Assembly: GCF_055900595.2 (NCBI RefSeq)
Contig: NZ_CM148325.1
Length of the DNA: 64,000 nucleotides
Direction: 5' to 3' (one strand)
The notes beneath the pieces are model-generated. The model was not told the origin of the DNA. It ran no database searches and saw only the letters and a program-made list of their open reading frames with translations. A program made the position numbers and the translations under genes. Below are positions 33,933 to 44,171 of the stretch, one piece after another (position 1 is the stretch's first letter; every line of letters begins with the position of its first letter).

Positions 33933-34394
33933 CTATCTGCACTGCTCATTAATATACTTCTGGGTTCCTTCCAGTTGTTTTTGCATAGTGATCAGCCTCT
34001 CTCTGAGGGTGAAATAATCCCGTTCAGCGGTGTCTGCCAGTCGGGGGGAGGCTGCATTATCCACGCCGGAGGCGGTGGTGGCTTCACGCACTGACTGACA
34101 GACTGCTTTGATGTGCAACCGACGACGACCAGCGGCAACATCATCACGCAGAGCATCATTTTCAGCTTTCGCATTAGCTAACTCCTTCGTGTATTTTTCA
34201 TCCAGTGCAGCAACATCACGCTGGCGCATCTGCATGTCAGTAATTGCCGCGTTCGCCAGCTTCAGTTCTCTGGCATTTTTGTCGCGCTGGGCTTTGTAGG
34301 TAATGGCGTTATCACGGTAATGATTAACAGCCCATGACAGGCAGACGATGATGCAGATAACCAGAGCGGAGATAATCGCGGTTACTCTGTTCAT
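33933..34394 (-). CDS. rzpD: Rz i-spanin
   Basis: ORF 33933-34406; start at [17 protein letters not shown] (TM anchor) then coiled-coil; overlaps R stop. Confidence 0.85.
   Translation of the reverse strand: MNRVTAIISALVICIIVCLSWAVNHYRDNAITYKAQRDKNARELKLANAAITDMQMRQRDVAALDEKYTKELANAKAENDALRDDVAAGRRRLHIKAVCQSVREATTASGVDNAASPRLADTAERDYFTLRERLITMQKQLEGTQKYINEQCR
33992..34174 (-). CDS. rzoD: Rz1 o-spanin lipoprotein embedded in Rz in the +1 frame
   Basis: 60-aa ORF with lipobox (VVVGCTS) and proline-rich segment ([18 protein letters not shown]) wholly inside Rz. Confidence 0.85.
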   Translation of the reverse strand: MRKLKMMLCVMMLPLVVVGCTSKQSVSQCVKPPPPPAWIMQPPPDWQTPLNGIISPSERG

Positions 34395-34888
34395 TGCTGA
34401 CCCCACAAACAGATTTCACGCTCAATCTCACGACGAGTCATGAGACCTTTCCATTGCTTACCGCCAGCATATGTCCAGCGACGTAGCTGATCACATGCGC
34501 CTTTGATATCGCCCTGGTTTATTTTGCGAAGAAGCGTCGATGTTCTGAAATTGCCAGCGCCCACGTTGTAAACGAACGAGTAAAGAGCGCCGCGCGTTGT
34601 TTCCGGTATATCAACTTTTATGTACGGGTTAATTTGTCTGGCGACCGTGGCAAGGTCTTTATTCAGGAGGGCTTTGCATTCTGCTTTGGTATACGTTTTA
34701 CCGAGCATGATGTCTTTTCCTGTATGCCCGTGACATACAGTCCATACACCAACAATATCTTTGTATGGTATGTAGCTGACACCTTCCAGACCATCGTTAC
34801 CACTTGGGCCAGTGATTAACACTGATGCTATAGCAATTGCTCCGCCACCAATAGCAGCAGCAACGGCTTTTCGTAATGATGGAGGCAT
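34391..34888 (-). CDS. rrrD: R endolysin (lysozyme)
   Basis: 165-aa ORF matching remembered DLP12 RrrD lysozyme. Confidence 0.9.
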   Translation of the reverse strand: MPPSLRKAVAAAIGGGAIAIASVLITGPSGNDGLEGVSYIPYKDIVGVWTVCHGHTGKDIMLGKTYTKAECKALLNKDLATVARQINPYIKVDIPETTRGALYSFVYNVGAGNFRTSTLLRKINQGDIKGACDQLRRWTYAGGKQWKGLMTRREIEREICLWGQQ

Positions 34889-35103
34889 TATTCACCTCTC
34901 GCAGCCTTGCGCTTATCTTCTTTAATCTTGAAATAAAGGTTTGTCAGGTACGTCAGCAGGCCAAATACCAGGCTACCCAGCACACCTATTGCTGCCCACT
35001 GTGAGGGCGTGACTTTATCGAGCAGCTGTAAAAACCAGTAACCGGCACTACCTGCTGAGGTGCCATAGGCGACACCCGTTGTTAACTTATCCATGGATTT
35101 CAT
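34888..35103 (-). CDS. essD: S holin
   Basis: ORF 34888-35148; start at [14 protein letters not shown] gives a 71-aa holin with two TM segments; overlaps R start. Confidence 0.85.
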
Positions 35104-35822
35104 AACCCCACCTCGCAGACAAAGCGGGTGTAAATTGAGGGAATACAACGTATCGCAAAAAAGCAGAAACGTAACAGACTCGGAGTCAGTGAATAACTCA
35201 GGTATTGAGTTATCAGCTAATATCGAGACTCAAAAAATGGAAAAACCAGCTCGACGGCGGGTTTAAGCTGTGTGACGAAGTAACCACTCTTAACAGCATA
35301 ACCAATTTTTTACGTACGTAAACCACTGAATGATATTTATGAGAATGCTACCGAGTGTTCAAAACACCACCACAAATATATAAGAAAACCTCAACAAATA
35401 ACCAATAAATAATTTCCGGCGTTATTTTTAGTTGATTTGAATTAAACCACCGAATTATAGAACCCCCATAAATAACAGCCATTAATATAAATTAGCTAAT
35501 AGGTTTATTTTTGTTCAAATAAGAGCCATAAATAGGTTTCGATAGAAAAAGTTCAGATAAAAATAGAGATCTACTTCACAAATTAAATGAGAAACTAAAA
35601 CTTACATCTTGAAATAATCACATTGATTAGATGAATATTTATCGCGCAGTGACATCATTTTTTAATAATAGTTCAAAAAAAAGGGCTCACGATGAAAAAA
35701 TTAACAGTGGCAATTTCTGCTGTAGCTGCATCAGTACTGATGGCGATGTCTGCTCAGGCAGCTGAAATTTATAATAAAGACAGTAACAAGCTGGATCTGT
35801 ACGGGAAAGTTAATGCCAAGCA

Positions 35823-37151
35823 CTGATGAATCCCCTAATGATTTTGGTAAAAATCATTAAGTTAAGGTGGATACACATCTTGTCATATGATCAAATGGTT
35901 TCGCCAAAAATCAATAATCAGACAACAAAATGTGCGAACTCGATATTTTACACGACTCTCTTTACCAATTCTGCCCCGAATTACACTTAAAACGACTCAA
36001 CAGCTTAACGTTGGCTTGCCACGCCTTACTTGACTGTAAAACTCTCACTCTTACCGAACTTGGCCGTAACCTGCCAACCAAAGCGAGAACAAAACATAAC
36101 ATCAAACGAATCGACCGATTGTTAGGTAATCGTCACCTCCACAAAGAGCGACTCGCTGTATACCGTTGGCATGCTAGCTTTATCTGTTCGGGCAATACGA
36201 TGCCCATTGTACTTGTTGACTGGTCTGATATCCGTGAGCAAAAACGGCTTATGGTATTGCGAGCTTCAGTCGCACTACACGGTCGTTCTGTTACTCTTTA
36301 TGAGAAAGCGTTCCCGCTTTCAGAGCAATGTTCAAAGAAAGCTCATGACCAATTTCTAGCCGACCTTGCGAGCATTCTACCGAGTAACACCACACCGCTC
36401 ATTGTCAGTGATGCTGGCTTTAAAGTGCCATGGTATAAATCCGTTGAGAAGCTGGGTTGGTACTGGTTAAGTCGAGTAAGAGGAAAAGTACAATATGCAG
36501 ACCTAGGAGCGGAAAACTGGAAACCTATCAGCAACTTACATGATATGTCATCTAGTCACTCAAAGACTTTAGGCTATAAGAGGCTGACTAAAAGCAATCC
36601 AATCTCATGCCAAATTCTATTGTATAAATCTCGCTCTAAAGGCCGAAAAAATCAGCGCTCGACACGGACTCATTGTCACCACCCGTCACCTAAAATCTAC
36701 TCAGCGTCGGCAAAGGAGCCATGGATTCTAGCAACTAACTTACCTGTTGAAATTCGAACACCCAAACAACTTGTTAATATCTATTCGAAGCGAATGCAGA
36801 TTGAAGAAACCTTCCGAGACTTGAAAAGTCCTGCCTACGGACTAGGCCTACGCCATAGCCGAACGAGCAGCTCAGAGCGTTTTGATATCATGCTGCTAAT
36901 CGCCCTGATGCTTCAACTAACATGTTGGCTTGCGGGCGTTCATGCTCAGAAACAAGGTTGGGACAAGCACTTCCAGGCTAACACAGTCAGAAATCGAAAC
37001 GTACTCTCAACAGTTCGCTTAGGCATGGAAGTTTTGCGGCATTCTGGCTACACAATAACAAGGGAAGACTCACTCGTGGCTGCAACCCTGCTTACTCAAA
37101 ATCTATTCACACATGGTTACGTTTTGGGGAAATTATGAGGGGATCTCTCAG
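35823..37151 (+). mobile_element. IS10 insertion sequence (1329 bp) with 9-bp target-site duplication
   Basis: Ends CTGATGAATCCCCTAATGATTTTGG... and ...GAAATTATGAGGGGATCTCTCAG; flanked by direct repeats TGCCAAGCA at 35814-35822 and 37152-37160. Confidence 0.95.
35930..37138 (+). CDS. IS10 transposase
   Basis: 402-aa ORF beginning 107 bp inside IS10, matching IS10 transposase sequence. Confidence 0.95.
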   Translation: MCELDILHDSLYQFCPELHLKRLNSLTLACHALLDCKTLTLTELGRNLPTKARTKHNIKRIDRLLGNRHLHKERLAVYRWHASFICSGNTMPIVLVDWSDIREQKRLMVLRASVALHGRSVTLYEKAFPLSEQCSKKAHDQFLADLASILPSNTTPLIVSDAGFKVPWYKSVEKLGWYWLSRVRGKVQYADLGAENWKPISNLHDMSSSHSKTLGYKRLTKSNPISCQILLYKSRSKGRKNQRSTRTHCHHPSPKIYSASAKEPWILATNLPVEIRTPKQLVNIYSKRMQIEETFRDLKSPAYGLGLRHSRTSSSERFDIMLLIALMLQLTCWLAGVHAQKQGWDKHFQANTVRNRNVLSTVRLGMEVLRHSGYTITREDSLVAATLLTQNLFTHGYVLGKL

Positions 37152-38301
37152 TGCCAAGCACTACTTTTCCTCTAACGATGCAGATGATGGTGATACTACT
37201 TATGCCCGTCTTGGCTTCAAAGGTGAAACCCAAATCAACGATCAACTGACTGGTTTCGGTCAGTGGGAATATGAATTCAAAGGCAACCGCGCTGAATCTC
37301 AAGGTTCCTCCAAAGACAAAACCCGTCTTGCATTTGCAGGCCTGAAATTCGGTGACTACGGCTCAATCGATTACGGCCGTAACTACGGTGTAGCATACGA
37401 CATCGGTGCGTGGACTGACGTCCTGCCAGAATTCGGTGGTGATACCTGGACCCAAACAGATGTGTTCATGACTGGTCGCACTACTGGTGTTGCAACTTAT
37501 CGTAACAACGACTTCTTTGGTCTGGTCGATGGCCTGAACTTTGCTGCTCAGTATCAGGGTAAAAATGACCGCACTGACGTAACTGAAGCCAATGGTGATG
37601 GTTTCGGTTTCTCCACTACTTATGAGTATGAAGGATTCGGCGTGGGTGCAACCTATGCTAAATCAGATCGCACTGACGGTCAGGTCGCCTATGGTAAGAG
37701 CAAATTCAATGCCTCCGGCAAAAATGCGGAAGTATGGGCTGCAGGCCTGAAATATGATGCGAACAATATCTATCTGGCTACCACATATTCTGAAACTCAG
37801 AATATGACCGTTTTTGGTAATAACCATATTGCAAACAAAGCACAAAACTTTGAAGCAGTAGCACAATATCAGTTTGACTTCGGTCTGCGCCCATCTGTTG
37901 CTTACCTTCAGTCAAAAGGTAAAGACCTTGGTGTTCATGGTGACCGAGACTTAGTCAAGTATGTCGATGTCGGTGCTACTTACTACTTTAATAAAAACAT
38001 GTCCACTTTTGTTGATTACAAAATCAACTTAATTGACGATAGTAAGTTTACCAAAACAGCTGGTATTGATACTGATGACATCGTTGCTGTAGGTCTGGTT
38101 TACCAGTTCTAATCTGATTACGAAAAAGATATGTTGCGGGAGGCGTTGCCTCCCCAACATATAAGTGGCTCCCTCAAGCCACTTCCTTTAGAAGCACAAC
38201 CTTGCTTCTAACTATATAAACCTTCTGTTATATATTACCCTTTATTTTTGGGGGCGTCTCAACGCCCCATTTTTAATAATTTTTAGTAAACAATTGGCAT
38301 A

Positions 38302-38700
38302 TTAATTAGAGTTATTAACAACGATATCCATCTCTAACCGGATATCTAATGCCATTAACATCCCTTCAATTATGCCCTCAGCCTTTTGTAACCTTTTCCC
38401 GATATAACCATCAGAGCAGCAATGCTTACCTGCCAGTGACATGAATGTCATACCGACTACATAATAATCTACTAATAAATCGTGCAAATCGCTGTTGTTC
38501 TTTTTCAGACGGGCCATGCACCCGCAAATGATCATCGCGTCATCGTCACAACATTGCGGGCGAGATTTTACTTTTGAAGGAATTAATCCCTTAAAACCGG
38601 CGGCAATGGACGACCAGGTCACATCTTCATGATTATTAGCCGCCCACGCTCCCCAACGCTCAAGAACCATCTGAATATCACGCATCAACTTACTCCACAA
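38302..38700 (-). CDS. quuD: Q late-gene antiterminator
   Basis: 132-aa Cys-rich ORF ([16 protein letters not shown]...HCCSDGY) upstream of the lysis cassette. Confidence 0.8.
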   Translation of the reverse strand: MWSKLMRDIQMVLERWGAWAANNHEDVTWSSIAAGFKGLIPSKVKSRPQCCDDDAMIICGCMARLKKNNSDLHDLLVDYYVVGMTFMSLAGKHCCSDGYIGKRLQKAEGIIEGMLMALDIRLEMDIVVNNSN

Positions 38701-38907
38701 AACTCAGACCAGAACGCCAATTACAAGCAAAAATCAACAAAACAGTATTAGTTGATTGTTATCTCTGACTTCATACTCCTGCTCCTGTCAGTGTTTTGGC
38801 GTAATTCTTCAGTATTCGGTAATCGGTCAAAACAGAGCCGGGGAAACGATATAAGCGCAGACGCCCCCAGCGGTGGCGAAGAAGTTCTGCCATATTAAAC
38901 TCAAACA

Positions 38908-39270
38908 TCATTCATTCCCCATTTCGGTGATGGTCAGTTCCAGCCTCCCACCTTTGGTAACAGGCATCTTCACAACGCGGTAATCAACGACCTGAGCATC
39001 ATCCAGCCAGAAACCTGCTTTAGTGAGTGCGTCAAAAGCGGCTTTTTGCAGATTATCCAGGTCACGGCGACGGCGATCCGGCATGTGGCACTCAATGCGG
39101 ATTTTCACAGGCATAGCCAGGCCGATATCCAGCATTGCGTTTTTAATGATTCGGGCGACGTTATCGCGGTATGCCTGCCCCTCTGCGCTGACGTGCGTGC
39201 GCCCGCGATTATGGCGGTAATAGCGATTATTGCTCGGAGGCCAGGGTAGTGTGATGTGGTAAGTATTCAC
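38908..39270 (-). CDS. rusA: RusA Holliday-junction resolvase
   Basis: 120-aa [34 protein letters not shown]... matching RusA. Confidence 0.9.
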   Translation of the reverse strand: MNTYHITLPWPPSNNRYYRHNRGRTHVSAEGQAYRDNVARIIKNAMLDIGLAMPVKIRIECHMPDRRRRDLDNLQKAAFDALTKAGFWLDDAQVVDYRVVKMPVTKGGRLELTITEMGNE

Positions 39271-39557
39271 GCCTTAATTACCCTCTCTTTCAGCCAGATA
39301 ACCTGCGTTCTCGCCATACCTTCCAGCGCGCATTCTTTTGCATATCCAGCGTCAACAAAATGCGTGCGGCGGTCGATTTCGTCGTGGCAGGCAGAACATG
39401 CAATGGTGGCAATCAGGTCTGGCGGTTTGATACCGGTACCGCACAATCCAGCCAGCCGGATATGTGCCAGTACAGACGTCTCAGAATTGCCATTACATAC
39501 GCCAGGGATTCTTACCTGGCATTCCCGACCACGCGCTGCTTTTCTCAAATCAGCCAT
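39267..39557 (-). CDS. ybcO: YbcO-like nin-region nuclease (DUF1364)
   Basis: ORF 39267-39596; start at [10 protein letters not shown]; Cys-rich ([12 protein letters not shown]...ACSACHDE); overlaps rusA start. Confidence 0.75.
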   Translation of the reverse strand: MADLRKAARGRECQVRIPGVCNGNSETSVLAHIRLAGLCGTGIKPPDLIATIACSACHDEIDRRTHFVDAGYAKECALEGMARTQVIWLKERVIKA

Positions 39558-39720
39558 GATTCCTCCTTGCTGCCAGTCGCAACCATTTTTTATCAACCAG
39601 GCTAGCGGTATATCCGAGCAGTGTTGGTATTTCGGATGGCTTCAGCTCAGGCTTACGCTTACGACGATTTGATACTCTGTAGATGTGTCCGTTCATGACA
39701 CGAATAAGCGGTGTAGCCAT
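39550..39720 (-). CDS. ninE: NinE-like small basic protein (below ORF-track cutoff)
   Basis: 56-aa [59 protein letters not shown] read from the minus strand; start overlaps ybcN stop and stop overlaps ybcO start. Confidence 0.6.
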   Translation of the reverse strand: MATPLIRVMNGHIYRVSNRRKRKPELKPSEIPTLLGYTASLVDKKWLRLAARRNHG

Positions 39721-40175
39721 TACGCCTCCTGCTTGTCGCGGAGCAGCTGGAACTCGCAGCTCTGCGGAATAGTCAGGTGGCAGCCAATATTCATCGCCCA
39801 GGCTTCAACCTTACACAGGAAGACATACATCTCTCCGGTATCAAGATTGGAGGTATGGCGTAACGACTGGATAGTGGTGATATCACCGGTTACGACATCA
39901 ACCAGGTCTTTGGTTTCATAACCGAGATATGTGTGTTTGAGAGCATCTTTTACCCAAGCTGGAGTGGCGAACGTTTTACCCCTGCTGATGAGGTATTCAC
40001 TGATTTCGCTGTACCACATGTGGCTGAGTGCATTCTGGGAAAGACTGCGTTTCTCACGCCACGGTTTAAGCACCAGGCGAAAGCATTTGCCCTCCTCCAG
40101 ATAAGGCTGGATCTGCCGACCGATAGCGGTGAAGTTGCCGCGATGTAATTTGATGCCGTCTTGTGAGAGGTTCAC
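39720..40175 (-). CDS. ybcN: NinB/YbcN recombination protein
   Basis: 151-aa ORF matching remembered DLP12 YbcN / lambda NinB family. Confidence 0.8.
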   Translation of the reverse strand: MNLSQDGIKLHRGNFTAIGRQIQPYLEEGKCFRLVLKPWREKRSLSQNALSHMWYSEISEYLISRGKTFATPAWVKDALKHTYLGYETKDLVDVVTGDITTIQSLRHTSNLDTGEMYVFLCKVEAWAMNIGCHLTIPQSCEFQLLRDKQEA

Positions 40176-40208
40176 GCTTCCCCTCCGCAGAGGTCAAACG
40201 TTGGATGC

Positions 40209-40333
40209 AAAAAAACGCAGGTGCATTTCTGCATCTGTGAAGGGAGAAGAGAGTTTGGATTGTATGTGCGCATAAACGTCCCCGTTTAGCGCAGAAGTCA
40301 CCGGAGTTGTTCAGGCTCCGATGACATGATTAT
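40209..40333 (-). repeat. Direct repeat copy A (~125 bp) with terminator-like hairpin at its 3' end on the minus strand
   Basis: About 85 percent identical to 42596-42720; minus-strand hairpin CAGATGCA-gaaa-TGCACCTG followed by a T7 run (plus-strand 40209-40237). Confidence 0.6.
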
Positions 40334-40359
40334 GGCGGGTTGATTATTGAAAATCAAAG

Positions 40360-41037
40360 TTAATCGTACGAGTCGAGTATGTTCTGAAACGCCCAGCCAT
40401 CCTCCTTAGGAACACAAGACAGAATCGAATGAATTAGATCCCCTGCGGAAAGAAGTAACCCTTCTTGCCCTTCAAGAAAATAACGCCATTTAGGTCCATG
40501 AAACAGATTGTTCCGTAACCGGAAACAAACGAACAAGCACACTGCAAGCTGAGTCTCAGGCTCGGTTGTCATAGCTTGCATGGCTGAAAAACAGTCATCT
40601 CTCGCCTTTTGAGAGGTGTGGTGTAATTCCCCGCATAGGCTTTCAAACTTGCTTTTATCATTTACATAGCGTTCTGAAAAAAAATCGTATGTACACTTGA
40701 GAACCCCCAGATCCACAACCTCCATTTGCAAAAGACGATTGGCATATTTCGCACTTTTGCCTTGCCCCCCAGCGCAATTAAGAAGTAGAGACTCGAAGAA
40801 AGAGAAGTACAAAAAATAACGATTAACGGCGGTAAGGATAGATGGGGTAATCCTGCCTTCTGCATTAATCAACTCGTCAAATTCTGATGAAAAATCCAAC
40901 TGTTCATCCTTTTCCATTATATTCGGCCATTTATTGATATTGCACATCAGTCGCTCTTGGCAATGACAGGTTTGCTCTCGGTAATGTCTCAAACGCCCCA
41001 AAAAGTAGTCTCGCAAATGCTCTAGTTGCTCGCGCAT
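40360..41037 (-). CDS. Hypothetical protein with Rx4-6H (HEPN-like) motif; candidate abortive-infection cargo
   Basis: 225-aa ORF, no recognisable phage core function; contains RLRNNLFHG matching the HEPN Rx4-6H signature. Confidence 0.4.
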   Translation of the reverse strand: MREQLEHLRDYFLGRLRHYREQTCHCQERLMCNINKWPNIMEKDEQLDFSSEFDELINAEGRITPSILTAVNRYFLYFSFFESLLLNCAGGQGKSAKYANRLLQMEVVDLGVLKCTYDFFSERYVNDKSKFESLCGELHHTSQKARDDCFSAMQAMTTEPETQLAVCLFVCFRLRNNLFHGPKWRYFLEGQEGLLLSAGDLIHSILSCVPKEDGWAFQNILDSYD

Positions 41038-41197
41038 AACAACTTCGGCGATAACCGGCTATTCGGTCGTTCTTTATACGCTACGCTTGAAGGCGCAAGG
41101 CCAACGCTTACCTTGTCACGTTCCTATTGCGGTTTTGCTGCAATGTTCCTGTCAGTCTGACATAAAAAACCCCTCAATCATCTGAGGGGATTAGACA

Positions 41198-41398
41198 TCA
41201 TTGCTTCCAATACTTTTGAACCCGGATATTCATTGGCACACAAACATTTTCATAGATAGGGCCGCTAACAGTCATGACTATATAAATACCATCAAGACCA
41301 TCAATATTAAGCGAGAGTCTATCTCCGGCTCTAACCTCACGCTCTAGTTCAATATCTTCTACTCGTCCAGTATCATCGAAAGTCACTGAATACATCAT
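41198..41398 (-). CDS. Hypothetical small protein
   Basis: 66-aa ORF between Bro-N gene and the HEPN-like gene, same strand. Confidence 0.35.
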   Translation of the reverse strand: MMYSVTFDDTGRVEDIELEREVRAGDRLSLNIDGLDGIYIVMTVSGPIYENVCVPMNIRVQKYWKQ

Positions 41399-41560
41399 TT
41401 CAAATTTCCATCTAAGTGCATGAGGTGTCTAACGAAAATACCATAAAGAGAATTTGATTACATTGAACTTTTTCAGTGCTTACTTGGCTTATCTGAAGCC
41501 TTAATCATTGCCGCCCAGTGCGCTACCTGCTTGCATCCATTCAGCGCCTAATATGTAAAA

Positions 41561-42169
41561 CTATTGCAATCTAGCCTGACGCAAATGTGGCAATACCCTG
41601 CTCCACTTATTATCCTGCCAAGGCTGGAATTTTACATGTGCCGTTTTTCTGGCAAGGATTTCGCGCGCCTTATGTAGTATCTGGGGATATTCTTGCTCGA
41701 TAGAAGTAAAGCGACCGGCTTCGCGGTGTTCCGCAACCTGAAGAAGTGGAGTAACGTTCTGGCAGGCGGTTAACATCGTATCACTTGCTCGCCATAACCA
41801 AGCAAGTGTGCAAAGTTCGTTATCAGTGAATTGTTTTGTGATCGGGGATTGTTGAACTTCTCGATCGAGAATATCCAGAACCCAGCGGCGGAACTCTTTG
41901 GCTACAGGAGTTCGTGCAAACATGGCGATCAAATGGGCTCCGCGAAGGCTAAATACTCGAGACTCCTGCATTCCACGAGGGGTGGTCACTTTGACCACCC
42001 TTGTCATCATATCTGTAAATTCATCTGAGTGACGAGAGTAAATGCGCTGAACTGCTTTATCGTCCGCATATTCCAGAGCTAAACCAACTTCAGTGGCAGT
42101 AAGCCAAATTCTGTTATTGTGGCAAATTGGGGTAAACGTCGTTTTGTGGAATGCTAATTGAGTAGTCAT
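41561..42169 (-). CDS. Bro-N domain protein (antirepressor-like)
   Basis: 202-aa ORF; N-terminal half fits Bro-N pattern (F..F.....RI.LTATEV..ALEY...RIYSRHSDEF...RVF...G..LIA....TPVAKEFRRWVLDIL). Confidence 0.6.
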   Translation of the reverse strand: MTTQLAFHKTTFTPICHNNRIWLTATEVGLALEYADDKAVQRIYSRHSDEFTDMMTRVVKVTTPRGMQESRVFSLRGAHLIAMFARTPVAKEFRRWVLDILDREVQQSPITKQFTDNELCTLAWLWRASDTMLTACQNVTPLLQVAEHREAGRFTSIEQEYPQILHKAREILARKTAHVKFQPWQDNKWSRVLPHLRQARLQ

Positions 42170-42595
42170 AGTATCACCTCATCAGGTTAACCATCACCAC
42201 CAACGACGCCAATCGACTGGTGGTGAACTGTGCAAGGTTGGCGTAACCGGCTACTCAAACCCGGCGCTCCCGAAGAAGCCCTCACACAGCCCACCATAAT
42301 TTGGGCGTAGCCGTGCTTAGCGCATAAAAAAACCGCTTAACGCGGTATGCGTTGAGTAGTATTCCGGGACGCCAATCCCGTGTGCCGATTTTGCGGCAAC
42401 GCACAGAATATAGCGCCGGATAAATAATGTCGTCAACCCTTGCAAATGGGTGGCGCGATGATCACTACTACCACTATAACCGCTCCAACTGTTGCAACTA
42501 CTTTAGGCCAAGACATCAAGATTTCCATATCACCTTTAGCTGCGAAACGAACAGAGGTTCCCATCTCTATACTGCCGAGGCCAAACACCGAATAT

Positions 42596-42720
42596 AAAAA
42601 ACCGCAGGTGCATTTCTGCATCTATGACGGGAGAAGATAGTTTGGATTGTGTGGGCTCATAAACTCCCCGTTTGGTGCAGTAGTCACCGTAGTTGTTCAT
42701 ATTCTGATGACATGATAATT
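42596..42720 (-). repeat. Direct repeat copy B (~125 bp), paralogue of 40209-40333
   Basis: Aligns base-for-base with copy A at about 85 percent identity; weaker hairpin plus T-run on minus strand. Confidence 0.6.
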
Positions 42721-42917
42721 TCCTATTGAATAGAAAAAATTAACACTACTCATTCTTATGACTAGAAAAAGCAATCATGCTAATAATCATTGTTGTTCCA
42801 GTTCCAAATGCAGCGAAATAATCACTAATATTTTTTCTACCGGTTTCGACTTTGATGCTATATTCTGCTAACACCTAACTAACACTACGTTTCACACAGC
42901 AATTACATGGAAATAAC

Positions 42918-43265
42918 ATGACTATCAAAGCGACTGACATAGAGATTCTTCATCGTTATGCTGAAGGGGTAATGGAACGTTCTAACCATCATGCAAAAAA
43001 TGTTGGTGCAGCCGCTCTTACATTGCTAGGAGGTGTTATCTGGAAAGCCCTGCCCGGCTCAATCGAGATAAGAACGTATAACGGAAGTCTTGCAAATATG
43101 GTGTGGTGGCAAAGCGAAAGAACATTAAAAAATTATGCAATCTCATACAACCATAATTCATGTGAAATTGAAATGAGAGATGAATCAGTCAAAGGTGCTG
43201 TATTATTTAGCATTTCCAACGAAACCACTCCAGAAAAAATATTATCACAGCTTTCTGAGCTTTAA
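42918..43265 (+). CDS. Hypothetical protein, opposite strand to the surrounding early-right operon
   Basis: 115-aa ORF with AT-rich upstream region and a GGCGGTG-ctaa-CACCGCC hairpin right after its stop. Confidence 0.45.
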   Translation: MTIKATDIEILHRYAEGVMERSNHHAKNVGAAALTLLGGVIWKALPGSIEIRTYNGSLANMVWWQSERTLKNYAISYNHNSCEIEMRDESVKGAVLFSISNETTPEKILSQLSEL

Positions 43266-43270
43266 TTAAA

Positions 43271-43288
43271 GGCGGTGCTAACACCGCC
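43271..43288. terminator. Stem-loop after the 115-aa gene (possible terminator, no clear T-tract)
   Basis: GGCGGTG-ctaa-CACCGCC perfect 7-bp stem. Confidence 0.35.
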
Positions 43289-43469
43289 CATACCATTACT
43301 CCACATCTTACGCAACTTGATAATTATGCTCTATTAAATACCCACAATATTTCATCAATGCATGGGTCAGCTATAAAATGTTTACCGTGGTAATTCCTGT
43401 TTTCGCAACATCTCAAAAGAACAATAAACACTGTATTTCTTCAAGTAACGAAGAATCTTTCTTTGCCCG

Positions 43470-44171
43470 TCATACACTTGCTCCTTTCAGCCCAAACTTA
43501 GCTTTGATTTCTGCGATCTTCGCCAGAGCCTGTGCACGATTTAGAGGTCTACCGCCCATGACAGGAAGTTGTTTTACTGGTTCAGGTATCGCCTCACCAC
43601 GGTTAATTCGCGCGGTCATACAGGTCAGCTCATCGGCAGCTTTACGCCGTAATTCCGCGTCAGTCAGCGCATTGGCCCGCATGTTCTGGTACAGGTTGGT
43701 AACCAACCAGTAGTGCGCGTTTGATTTCCATGGATAAGACTCTGCGTCCGGATACAGGCCACGCTTCCGGCAATACTCGTAAACCATATCAACCAGCTCG
43801 CTAGCGTTTGGCAGCCCGGCGGTAACGGATGCTTCTTCCCGGCACCAGGCAACAAACTGCCCGGGTGATGGCAGGAATGGTCGATTCTGCCGACGGGCTA
43901 CGCGCATTCCAGCGTTAACCTGTTCCATCGTGGTGATCCCATTTTCCCGGAAAGCCAGAACCCACTGGCGGCGGATTTCGTTCAGTTCGTTCTGGTCACG
44001 GTTAGCCAGGCTCGCAGGGAAAGTTGCCAGTAACTGGCTGAACACACCGTTGATGATCTGCGCTACCTGCTGTACCTGCGGCTTTTCGTCGTACTGTTCC
44101 GGCATGTTGTTGGCGATCCGACGCATCTGCTCACGGTCAAAGTTAACCATCTGTGCGGCGATGTTTTTCAT
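43470..44171 (-). CDS. P: Replication protein P (DnaB helicase loader)
   Basis: 233-aa ORF essentially matching lambda P (MKNIAAQMVNFDREQMRRIANNMPEQYDEKPQVQQVAQIINGVFSQ...). Confidence 0.95.
   Translation of the reverse strand: MKNIAAQMVNFDREQMRRIANNMPEQYDEKPQVQQVAQIINGVFSQLLATFPASLANRDQNELNEIRRQWVLAFRENGITTMEQVNAGMRVARRQNRPFLPSPGQFVAWCREEASVTAGLPNASELVDMVYEYCRKRGLYPDAESYPWKSNAHYWLVTNLYQNMRANALTDAELRRKAADELTCMTARINRGEAIPEPVKQLPVMGGRPLNRAQALAKIAEIKAKFGLKGASV

Larger units (their letters stand above)
35692..38112 (+). pseudogene. nmpC: nmpC porin gene interrupted by IS10 after codon 43
   Basis: 35692-35822 encodes MKKLTVAISAVAASVLMAMSAQAAEIYNKDSNKLDLYGKVNAKH; 37153-38112 continues in frame ([27 protein letters not shown]...GLVYQF) with typical porin C-terminus. 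Confidence 0.9.

Noticed and set aside
36171-36534. Short ORFs on both strands inside IS10
   Set aside because: Nested within the 402-aa transposase gene; not known IS10 products at that size.
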